Shown piece by piece: positions 11,697-19,802 of a stretch of DNA of 64,000 nucleotides. Both the position numbers and the translations under genes were made by a program. The DNA is from an uncultured Methylomirabilota bacterium (GTDB lineage: Bacteria; Methylomirabilota; Methylomirabilia; Methylomirabilales; 2-02-FULL-66-22), in assembly GCA_963845565.1 (NCBI GenBank), contig CAWJSJ010000005.1, positions 384,001 through 448,000 on the forward strand, written 5' to 3'. The notes beneath the pieces are model-generated. The model saw only the letters and a program-made list of their open reading frames with translations, was not told the origin of the DNA and did no database searches. Each line of letters opens with the position of its first letter. Within the stretch, counting starts at the first letter, position 1.

Positions 11697-12365
11697 TTAC
11701 CCGGAACCGTCGAGGTCGGCAAGCGCCTCGACCTCGACGTCATCGAAGAGGACGGCGGCGCCAGGTCCAGCCACTAGGCCCACTCGACCCGGCGCGGGAT
11801 CGTCATCGCGGACACTGCCCAGGAACTTCCCGTTGAAGAAGAGGTTCAGCCATTCCCTCCGCGCCGTCACGCGGAGGACATTCCACATCCCCGGCGCGCG
11901 CGTATCGATGCTGTACCCGGCCCGCACGCTGCGCCAACCGTCCTGCACGCGTTCGACCCAGATCCAGCGCCGGGTGCCGTCCACACGCACGATCAGCATC
12001 GTCGTCGGATCCTGCCACCGCAGGAGGAGCCCGATGGTTTCGAAAGCGTCCAACCCGCCGGCTCTGGCCTTGACGCGCGCGTCCAGGTCAGCGACAGGGG
12101 GACCGGGCGTTAGGATGGCCGAAAGTTCCCATCCCGGCGGGGCCGGTCCTGCCTGGACGAGGACGCGATTCGTTCCGGGCGCCTCGACCCGGATTTCCCA
12201 TCGTCCCGACAGGACTTCCCATCCCTGGGGCACGGCCCCGACTGGTTCGTCGGAAAATCGCCACGGGCGAGTGTCCGCCGTCCAAGCCGTGGAGAAGTAC
12301 AGGGTCACTACGAGCAGAAGAGCGATACCCGCTGGCGTCCCTCGCCACAGTTTGCTCCGTGTCAT
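11697..12365 (-). CDS. Secreted beta-sandwich protein, DUF1080 / 3-keto-disaccharide-hydrolase-like
   Basis: Signal peptide; GWEVLSGRWEI; WNVLRVTAR...LFFNGK....RD.....GRVGL......VLFDDVEV ConA-like pattern. Confidence 0.6.
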   Translation of the reverse strand: MTRSKLWRGTPAGIALLLVVTLYFSTAWTADTRPWRFSDEPVGAVPQGWEVLSGRWEIRVEAPGTNRVLVQAGPAPPGWELSAILTPGPPVADLDARVKARAGGLDAFETIGLLLRWQDPTTMLIVRVDGTRRWIWVERVQDGWRSVRAGYSIDTRAPGMWNVLRVTARREWLNLFFNGKFLGSVRDDDPAPGRVGLVAGPGAAVLFDDVEVEALADLDGSG

Positions 12366-12510
12366 CCGGTATCCCCCGTTGGCCGACCCGACCCGAACCC
12401 TGCTGCGGGGCCGCGCGGAGTGCGACACGCGCGATCCGTCCGGCGCTGTCGCGGCGCGCATGCCCCACGGAGACGGATCATAACCTCACGCCTCGATTAT
12501 GGGGTCCTGG

Positions 12511-12804
12511 TTACTTTGCCGACGCCCGCGCCGGACGCCGGAGCCGGCCGGGATCCTTGCGGCGTCGCGCCGTCACATCCCGGTCTTGTTCGTTCTTCCC
12601 ATCCGCCGATCCAGCCCGGGTGCGTATCGCCCCCACGGCCGCATCGGTGATCCCTGGCGTCTGGGCGATATCCGCCCACTGGCGAATCCCTTTTCAGAGG
12701 GTCCGGTGGCGTACGATCCGGTGGGCCTTGTCCACGCCGATCCGCAGGAGTGTGGCCAACCCCTGCTCTTGGGCAGCATTCGGGTTGAACAACGGCGATT
12801 CCAT
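12511..12804 (-). pseudogene. ComEA-like helix-hairpin-helix protein interrupted by an in-frame TGA (12694-12696)
   Basis: MESPLFNPNAAQEQGLATLLRIGVDKAHRIVRHRTL*KGIRQWADIAQTPGITDAAVGAIR matches the tandem-HhH pattern on both sides of the stop. Confidence 0.65.
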
Positions 12805-12881
12805 CGAGCCCCCCGGGGCGCCTCTTTGCCTTGCCGTCTCCACCGGGCATTGCGTTGCGGGAAGTCGCGCAGCGGAGGCGT

Positions 12882-14819
12882 TCACTGCCCGCGAAGGTCC
12901 GGCGAGTCGGGACTACCCCCAGCCGCCCCCCCATCTATCAGCCCCTCGCCCGCCCGGAGAAAGATTGCGGCTCCCCAGGGGGCCATGTCGATCCGTGCCT
13001 TCCCCCTTCGGGATACACTCAAGGACTCCGGTGTTTTTGGCCCGAACCCTCCGAAGCGCTCTTCGTCGCTGTCCACAACGCGATGCCAGTGCCCCGGCGA
13101 GAGTCTCACCCACACGACCCGGCACTCAGGACTGAAGTTGAGAAGACCGAGCGCCGCCGTGCCGTCGGCACTCCTCCGGAGCAGCGTCAGCACTCGCTCG
13201 TCGTCAAGGCGGGCGAGCAGACGTCGCTTGCCTCCCACCCCCAAGATCGGGTGTCGGCGCCGCAGTTCTAGGAGCCGGTGGTGGTAGTCCCAGAGCCATG
13301 CGTGCGGGGTTCGGGCCTGTAGGTTCCAGGTCAGCTTCGACCGGCAGAAACTGGTCCGGTTCTGAGGATCCGGCACGTCGCCCGTCCAGCCGAACGTCGC
13401 GAACTCCTCGCGGCGACCGCGCGTCACAGCGGCTTGAAGCTCCGCGTCTTGGAAATCGGTGAAAAAGAGGAAGGGTGCCCGCTCTCCGTATTCCTCCCCC
13501 ATGAAGATCAGCGGAACGTACGGGGAAATGAGGAGAGCCGTGGCGGCCAGTTTGCTCTGTTCGAGGTCAACCAAGGTGGAGAGCCGTTCGCCGTGGGCTC
13601 GATTCCCGACTTGGTCGTGGTTCTGGATGCAGACGACGAAGCGCTCGGCCGGAATGTCCTTCGTCGGCGTTCCGTGGGGCCGTCCGCGGTAGAGCGAGTG
13701 CTGTCCGTCGTACACGAAGCCGTCGGAGTATGCCTTGGCCAACTGCTCCGGAAATCCGAAATCCCGATAGTAACCGCTCCGTTCCCCGGTGAGGAGCGTA
13801 TGCACACAGTGGTGGAAATCGTCGGTCCATTGCCCCGCGAGCCCGTAGCCGCCCTTGTGCACGGTGTCGATGACCCGGCGGTCATTCAGATCGCTTTCGG
13901 CGATCACAGGAACGACACGATTCAGGCGACGGGCCGTCCGCCGGACCGCGTCGTTCAGCTCGCGCAAGATATGGAGCGGGCCCGCATCGACGATTCCATG
14001 GACGGCATCCAGCCGAAGGCCGTCGATGCGGTACTCCCGGATCCAGTAGAGGGCATTGGCGATGACGAAGTCACGGACGCCGCGCGCGTCCTCGCCGTCG
14101 TAGTTCACGGCCGCCCCCCAGGGGGTCCGGTACCGGTCGGTGAAGTAGGGGCCGAACTCGGCCAGGTAGTTGCCTTCTGGCCCGAGGTGGTTGTAGACGA
14201 CGTCGAGCACGACGGCCAGGCCGCGAGTGTGACAGGCGTCCACCAGACGCTGGAGACCCACCGGCCCGCCGTATGTACGCTGAGGGGCGAAAAGCCCCAC
14301 GCCGTCGTAGCCCCAGTTTCGCGCTCCGGGAAAGCTCGCCACCGGCATGAGCTCGATGGCGGTGACGCCCAATGCCTGCAGCCGGTCCAGGCGCGGAATG
14401 ACGGCCTCGAAATTGCCTTCCGGCGTGAACGTGCCCACGTGGATCTCGTACAGCACCATCTCTCTGAGCGAAAGGCCGCGCCAGTTGCTGGCCGTCCAGG
14501 TGAACAGGTTCGTATCCACAACCTCCGACGGGCCGTGGACCCCCTCGGGCTGGGCCCGAGACATCGGGTCCGGCCGCTCGCGCTTCCCGTCCAGGAGGTA
14601 GACGTAGCGGGTGCCCGGGCCCAGGCCATCCAGCACGATTTCACACCAACCGTCCAGGGCAGGCGCCATGGCCACGAGCTCGCGCGGCACTGGGTTGACA
14701 ACCCGGAGCGCCACGTTCCGGCAGCGGGGCGCCCAGACCCGAAACCGGACGCGCTCGCCTCCCAGGCACGTCGCGCCCGGGGCGGCGGTCGGCTTCGTGG
14801 GCCGCTTTCCCTGTTGCAC
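12882..14819 (-). CDS. treZ: Malto-oligosyltrehalose trehalohydrolase
   Basis: FRVWAP, PDPMSRAQPEGVHGPS, RNWGYDG, DGLRLDAVH, IAESD, QNHDQVGNR; GGAGG RBS before GTG. Confidence 0.96.
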   Translation of the reverse strand: MQQGKRPTKPTAAPGATCLGGERVRFRVWAPRCRNVALRVVNPVPRELVAMAPALDGWCEIVLDGLGPGTRYVYLLDGKRERPDPMSRAQPEGVHGPSEVVDTNLFTWTASNWRGLSLREMVLYEIHVGTFTPEGNFEAVIPRLDRLQALGVTAIELMPVASFPGARNWGYDGVGLFAPQRTYGGPVGLQRLVDACHTRGLAVVLDVVYNHLGPEGNYLAEFGPYFTDRYRTPWGAAVNYDGEDARGVRDFVIANALYWIREYRIDGLRLDAVHGIVDAGPLHILRELNDAVRRTARRLNRVVPVIAESDLNDRRVIDTVHKGGYGLAGQWTDDFHHCVHTLLTGERSGYYRDFGFPEQLAKAYSDGFVYDGQHSLYRGRPHGTPTKDIPAERFVVCIQNHDQVGNRAHGERLSTLVDLEQSKLAATALLISPYVPLIFMGEEYGERAPFLFFTDFQDAELQAAVTRGRREEFATFGWTGDVPDPQNRTSFCRSKLTWNLQARTPHAWLWDYHHRLLELRRRHPILGVGGKRRLLARLDDERVLTLLRRSADGTAALGLLNFSPECRVVWVRLSPGHWHRVVDSDEERFGGFGPKTPESLSVSRRGKARIDMAPWGAAIFLRAGEGLIDGGAAGGSPDSPDLRGQ

Positions 14820-14857
14820 TCACATCCTCCGTTTCTCCGGACTGCGTGCTGTCACAC

Positions 14858-15106
14858 TTACTTCTGTGGTCGAATTCGGTGGAGCTCGTCTTCCAGGAAC
14901 TTCCGGGTGGCGGCTTCTTGGCTAGCACGTTCTTCTGCGGCCTTGAGACGTCCTTCCAACTCCGTGATACGATAATTGAGTTCCGAGCGTTGCTCTTGCA
15001 CCTGCTGTTTCAGGTCTGTGATCCGGGTGCCCTAATGCAGGTACCCGATTCCGAGGTCCACCAGGACGGCGACGACGGCCACCAACGAATAGATCCCAGC
15101 GCGCAC
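14858..15106 (-). pseudogene. Small membrane-anchored coiled-coil protein with an in-frame TAG at codon 25
   Basis: GGAGGT RBS 6 nt before GTG 15106. Reads VRAGIYSLVAVVAVLVDLGIGYLH*GTRITDLKQQVQEQRSELNYRITELEGRLKAAEERASQEAATRKFLEDELHRIRPQK*. Confidence 0.6.
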
Positions 15107-15239
15107 GCTCTCACCTCCGCGGGCTTCGGCCCGCCGCGGTCAACTCCCACTCGTGGCCGATCCATCCCAGAGCGCGCTATCACGTCACCAACCCGGCGCT
15201 CGCCGAGCCGTGCTCGCCGGCGAAACGCCACAGGGCGGG

Positions 15240-15599
15240 TCAGGCGTCGCCGCAGGCCCTTTCGCGTTTCGCCTGGCAGGACACACACAACGTGGCCGCC
15301 GGCAACGCGTGGAGGCGCCGATGGGGAATGCGGCACCCGCAGGCGCGGCAGATCCCGTATCCGCCTTCCTGCAGTCGGGCTCGCGCTTCGGAGAGCCCGT
15401 GACACTTGTCTTCCAGCCGCTTCCAGACCGCCTCGTTGTGCTGCTCGAGGGAGGCGGTCAGGGCGCGGTCGAGAAAGTGGACGGGAGGGCGCTCGGGATT
15501 GGGCTCGGTTCGCCGTCTCCGCACCAGCGTCGCCACTCGCCGGCGCAACGCGCGTTCCTCGTCCAGGAGTTCATCGAGGGGCAATCGGCGCGGGGGCAT
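15240..15599 (-). CDS. DksA/TraR-family C4 zinc-finger protein
   Basis: ARARLQEGGYGICRACGCRIPHRRLHALPAATLCVSCQ; AAGGAGG RBS before ATG 15599. Confidence 0.88.
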   Translation of the reverse strand: MPPRRLPLDELLDEERALRRRVATLVRRRRTEPNPERPPVHFLDRALTASLEQHNEAVWKRLEDKCHGLSEARARLQEGGYGICRACGCRIPHRRLHALPAATLCVSCQAKRERACGDA

Positions 15600-15789
15600 G
15601 GTGTCCTCCTTTGTGGGCGGCCCACCGCGGAGGCAGCTGGACGGGTCTGTCGGACCCCCCGGCACAGGCGCACGGAAGACCGCGGGCGCATTCGTCACAG
15701 CAATAGACCGGACCGTCGGTGTGGTGTGCCGTCCAGATCGCCCATTCGCCGCAGCCGGAGCACCAGCGGAATTCGCCCGTAGCGTTCAT
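15571..15789 (-). CDS. Small Cys-rich, metallothionein-like zinc-binding protein (72 aa)
   Basis: MNATGEFRWCSGCGEWAIWTAHHTDGPVYCCDECARGLPCACAGG; ATG overlaps the upstream stop (ATGA). Confidence 0.6.
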   Translation of the reverse strand: MNATGEFRWCSGCGEWAIWTAHHTDGPVYCCDECARGLPCACAGGSDRPVQLPPRWAAHKGGHHAPAPIAPR

Positions 15790-16238
15790 GCCGAACCTCC
15801 CGGAGTGGAAGGGGACGGTGCAACGAAGTCGTGCGGCTCCAGCGCGCGCCGGATCGCCGCCAGCAGACTTTGTGTGGAGAAGGGTTTGGGGAGGTAGCCG
15901 TAGGCCCCTTTGGTCGCGGCCTCCCGCTCGGTCTCGGCGTCGCCGAAGGCCGTGGTCAGGATGATCGGTGTGTTGGGGCACATCGTCCGCAGGCTGGGGA
16001 GCAGATCCAAGCCGCTGAGGCCGGGCATGTTCTTGTCGAGAAGGACGGCCGCGAAGGGCTGGGCCCGGAGGCGAATCAGGGCCTCCGCCCCGTCGCCCGC
16101 CGCGTCGGTCAGGAATCCTTCACCCGTCAGCGTATCCGTCAGGAATTCTCGCATTTCCGGGTCGTCCTCCACCACCAAGAGCCGTGGGCGCGTGACGGGT
16201 GAGCTTTCGCGCCCGTTTGGTCCGTTCTGCATCTGCAC
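15786..16238 (-). CDS. Stand-alone CheY-like response regulator
   Basis: LLVVEDDPEMR, LLDKNMPGLSGLDLLP, TTAFG, PKPF; AAAGGAG RBS before GTG 16238 / ATG 16232. Confidence 0.9.
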   Translation of the reverse strand: MQMQNGPNGRESSPVTRPRLLVVEDDPEMREFLTDTLTGEGFLTDAAGDGAEALIRLRAQPFAAVLLDKNMPGLSGLDLLPSLRTMCPNTPIILTTAFGDAETEREAATKGAYGYLPKPFSTQSLLAAIRRALEPHDFVAPSPSTPGGSA

Positions 16239-16338
16239 GGATCTCCTTTCATGTCGGATCGCCAGATAACGTCGGCCGAGTTCGCCGGAACGTTCCACGG
16301 CATAGAGCGAGACTGAGAACCCTGCGATTGTGCAAGAC

Positions 16339-16355
16339 AGCAAGGAGGGTGCCGC
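16339..16355 (-). promoter_or_regulatory. Sigma-54 -24/-12 promoter
   Basis: Minus strand GCGGCACCCTCCTTGCT = GG-N10-GC with GGCAC-N5-TTGC; about 100 bp upstream of the receiver gene and just downstream of an NtrC-type gene. Confidence 0.7.
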
Positions 16356-16529
16356 CCCGTCCGGCGCCAGACGTTTATCTTTGGGAACTCTGAATTGGCG
16401 GGGAGTTGTGGAAGGCGAAGGCGTCCTGCGTACGCCACGCGCAGGGCCGATCCGGTGAACACCTGACACGGGCCAGGCACTCTAGTCGCTGCACGGCGTT
16501 ATGGAACTTCCGGGAAACGCGGGGCCGTG

Positions 16530-17918
16530 TCAATCGGTCTCGGGCGGTGACAGGTTGTCACTGATCCCGGCTGACCCCTTTCGGCGGTATAGGGTTCGCT
16601 TGCTGACGCCCAAGACGGCCGCGGCCTTGGCCTTGTCGCCGCCGACTTGGCGCAAGACCAGCGCGGTGTATTCGTCCATCAACTGGCGGAGTGTGAGGTG
16701 CGGTGTCAGTTGGGCGAGAATCGAGGCCAGGGATGGGGTCGGCGAGAGGTCGAGCAAGAGCGTGGTGTCGGCAATCTGGCCGTCGATGGTGAGCGTCACC
16801 GCCCGCTCGACCACGTTCTCAAGTTCCCGGGCGTTGCCGGGCCACGGGTGCCGCAGGAGGGCCGCCATGGCCCCGGGCGTGAAGCCGCCGATCTCCTTTC
16901 CCGCGGCGGCGGTGGCGCGATGCAGGAAATGCTCGGCCAGGAGCGGGATGTCCTCGGTCCGTTCGCGCAGTGGCGGCAGATGAAGCGGGATGACGGCGAG
17001 GCGGTAATAGAGGTCCTCCCGGAACACACCCTCGCGAATGCGCCCAAACACATCCCGGTTGGTGGCCGCCACCAACCGAACGTTCAGGGAGATCGCTTCG
17101 TCGCTCCCCAGTGGACGCACGGTCCGGTCCTCGATGACGCGAAGCAGCTTGGCCTGGAGCTCCGGCGCCATGTCCCCGATCTCGTCGAGAAACAGGGTGC
17201 CACCCTCGGCCTCCCGGAAGAGGCCGCGCCGGGATCCGACGGCGCCCGTGAAGGCCCCCTTCACGTGGCCGAACAGCTCGCTCTCCAGGAGGCCGGCGGG
17301 CACGGCGGCACAATTGATCGGCACGAAGGGCCGGTCGGCGCGGGCGCTGTTGAAATGCAGGGCCTTGGCCACCAGCTCCTTGCCCGTGCCACTTTCCCCG
17401 GTGATGAGGACGTTGACGTCTCCCGGGGCTGCCTGGCGGATGCGGGTGAACACGGCCTGCATGGCGGGACTCTTCCCGAGGAGATTGTGCAGTCGGTACC
17501 GACCCGCCACCTCCGCCCGGAGCCGCCGGTTCTCCTCGCGAAGTCGCCGCGCCTCCCCGGCCTTGGCCACCAACAGGCTGATCTCGGCGAGCGCGAACGG
17601 CTTGGTCACGTAGTCGTAGGCGCCTTGCCGAATCGCCTGGATGGCGGTTTCGATCGTCCCGAAGGCAGTGATCAGGATGACGGGGACCTCGCGCTGCGCG
17701 TCGCGGCTGGCTCGGAGGACCTCCATGCCGTCCACATCGGGAAGGCGAAGGTCGGTGAGCACGAGGTCGAACTCCTCCGCCCGCAGCCGGGCGATAGCGT
17801 CCACACCGCGCCCGAGCGACACCACGGCGTGGCCCTCGTGCTGGAGATGCTCGCGCACCAGGTCGAGCATGTCGGGGTCGTCTTCCACCAGCAGGATCCG
17901 ACATCGGTCGGTTGTCAT
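16530..17918 (-). CDS. Sigma-54-dependent NtrC/AtoC-type response regulator (REC-AAA+-Fis HTH)
   Basis: REC domain, GESGTGKE, ESELFGHVKGAFTGA, FLDEIG, WPGNARELENVVER, C-terminal HTH; ATG 17918 overlaps the kinase stop. Confidence 0.96.
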   Translation of the reverse strand: MTTDRCRILLVEDDPDMLDLVREHLQHEGHAVVSLGRGVDAIARLRAEEFDLVLTDLRLPDVDGMEVLRASRDAQREVPVILITAFGTIETAIQAIRQGAYDYVTKPFALAEISLLVAKAGEARRLREENRRLRAEVAGRYRLHNLLGKSPAMQAVFTRIRQAAPGDVNVLITGESGTGKELVAKALHFNSARADRPFVPINCAAVPAGLLESELFGHVKGAFTGAVGSRRGLFREAEGGTLFLDEIGDMAPELQAKLLRVIEDRTVRPLGSDEAISLNVRLVAATNRDVFGRIREGVFREDLYYRLAVIPLHLPPLRERTEDIPLLAEHFLHRATAAAGKEIGGFTPGAMAALLRHPWPGNARELENVVERAVTLTIDGQIADTTLLLDLSPTPSLASILAQLTPHLTLRQLMDEYTALVLRQVGGDKAKAAAVLGVSKRTLYRRKGSAGISDNLSPPETD

Positions 17919-19489
17919 GGGCGCGCCATCGCCTCCGGGTCCTCGGGGTTCGCGTCGCGGCCGGGTGCCACCTGGGCGGCAGGGGCGACGGGCCAGTGGA
18001 GCCGGACCGCGGTCCCACGCCCCTCGGCACTCTCGATCTCGATGGCGGCATGGTGGGCGCGGGCGATGTCCTCGACGATGGACATGCCCAGGCCGGTGCC
18101 GCCCCGTCGCTCCTTGGTGGAGAAGAAAGGCTCGAAGATCTTCTCCAGGCGGTCGGCGGGGATGCCGCACCCGGTATCGGCGACACAGATGGTGACGTGC
18201 GGTGTGCCGGCGTATCCTCTCCGGACGGACGACCCATTCTCCATGGCGGTGGGGCCCGCAGGGGACGCCTCCTCTCCTGCCGTGAGCCGCACCTGTCCGC
18301 CGGCCGGGGTGGCATCCAGCGCGTTGGTCACCAGGTTGAGCAACACCTGCTGGAGCTGATCGGGATCCGCCAGAAGCATGGGGAGCGCCTGGCTCACCTC
18401 CGCCGTCAGCCGGGTCCCGCGGCGCTGGGCGAGCGGCCCGAGAAGGTCCGCCACGCGATCGAGGACCGGCCCGATGGCGACGGGGCGAGCCGCCGGGCGG
18501 CGCGGCCGGGCGTACTCCAGCAGGTGCCGAATGATCTCGCTCACGCGTTCGACCTGGCGCAGGACCGTGGCGGTGTGTCGACCGACCGGGTGGTCGGACG
18601 GGAGCGCCTTCTGGATGGACTCGATCCGTCCGGAGATGATGTTCAGTGGGGTGCCGATCTCGTGGGCTACCTCGCTGGCCAACCGGCCGATCGCCGCCAG
18701 TTTTTGCTCCTGCTGCAACTGTCGCTCGGTGTCCAGCCGAGCCTGCGACTCCGTCAGAAACCCCTGTCGTGCGGTCTGCAGATCCTCGGCCATCCGATTG
18801 AAGGCCGAGGCGAGCTGGCCGATTTCGTCGCGGCGTCGCATGGAGATCCGCTGATCCAGGCGGCCGCGCCCGACGGCGAGGGCCGCCCGGACCAGCGCGC
18901 GAATCGGCCGACGGATGCTGATGCGAACCGTCAACCAGATGACCGCGGCGATCGTCAAGCTGAGCAGGCTCATGCGCAGGGCCAGGTCGCGCGTGGCGTC
19001 GTCGATCTGCCGCTGCACGCGGGTGGCGACGTGGATGATTTCCAGGCCACCGATGATGCCTCCACGCCGGTTCTTGAGGGGGAGGACGACGTACACCACC
19101 GGACGCGGTGCCGTCGCCAGGTACTGGACGCGCCGCTCGCCGCTCTTCAGCACCCGATCCCACTCCTCCCGCGGAATCGTGGTGGCGGCGGCGGCATTCG
19201 TGGTGGCGGCGTTGATCTCCTCCAGCCGACCGTTGAAGATCCGGATGCGGTCCACGGGATTCGGATCGCGGACGATCTCGGTCAGGAGCTCCCGGATGTC
19301 GTCGGGTTGCCTGTCCCGCAGGGCGTGCTCGACGGCCAGGCCGATGGCGTTCGCCAGGACAACGACCTCCGCCTGGAGCTCCCCGATCAATCGATTCCGC
19401 TCCTGCTGCATCCGGAGATAGCCGAAGCCGGCCAGGACCGCGGAGACGGTGAAGAGCAAGAGGAGCGTGAGTTTTGTCGCGATACGCAT
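17915..19489 (-). CDS. Membrane HAMP-domain sensor histidine kinase (cognate of the NtrC-type regulator)
   Basis: Two TMs, [37 protein letters not shown]; start may be 19525. Confidence 0.93.
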   Translation of the reverse strand: MRIATKLTLLLLFTVSAVLAGFGYLRMQQERNRLIGELQAEVVVLANAIGLAVEHALRDRQPDDIRELLTEIVRDPNPVDRIRIFNGRLEEINAATTNAAAATTIPREEWDRVLKSGERRVQYLATAPRPVVYVVLPLKNRRGGIIGGLEIIHVATRVQRQIDDATRDLALRMSLLSLTIAAVIWLTVRISIRRPIRALVRAALAVGRGRLDQRISMRRRDEIGQLASAFNRMAEDLQTARQGFLTESQARLDTERQLQQEQKLAAIGRLASEVAHEIGTPLNIISGRIESIQKALPSDHPVGRHTATVLRQVERVSEIIRHLLEYARPRRPAARPVAIGPVLDRVADLLGPLAQRRGTRLTAEVSQALPMLLADPDQLQQVLLNLVTNALDATPAGGQVRLTAGEEASPAGPTAMENGSSVRRGYAGTPHVTICVADTGCGIPADRLEKIFEPFFSTKERRGGTGLGMSIVEDIARAHHAAIEIESAEGRGTAVRLHWPVAPAAQVAPGRDANPEDPEAMARP

Positions 19490-19802
19490 GAGGGTCACCC
19501 GGAAGGGGGAGATCCGGTCAGCCACGCGGGCGCGACTGGCCGTCCAGCGTCCGCATGAAGTACGCTAACACACGCAAGAAAACGGTGCAAGGTTGACCGG
19601 GACGGGCGAGCTGCGTGCCCACGGGGACTCAAGGCACGCCGTCGACGGCGAGGACTTCCGAGGGCGTGCCTGCTCGTGATATGCTCCCCGGAACTGAATG
19701 CCTCACACGGCTGCGAGGGGGACGGGCGCCGGGTGGTTGGGGGCGTTCGGTCCCGTGCGGGAACTCACATTCCGACCGAGGAGCGGAGAGAGGCGGCCAT
19801 CC

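Noticed and set aside
12694..12696. Selenocysteine recoding of the TGA in the HhH gene
   Set aside because: The position is not a Cys site in HhH proteins, no convincing SECIS hairpin was seen, and other motif residues are also degenerate
15032..15034. Pyrrolysine or alternative genetic code
   Set aside because: TAG is used as a normal stop by many genes in the window and no pyl genes are present
19530..19800. SAM or other riboswitch upstream of the cysteine synthase gene
   Set aside because: No recognisable conserved riboswitch core; only generic GC-rich hairpins
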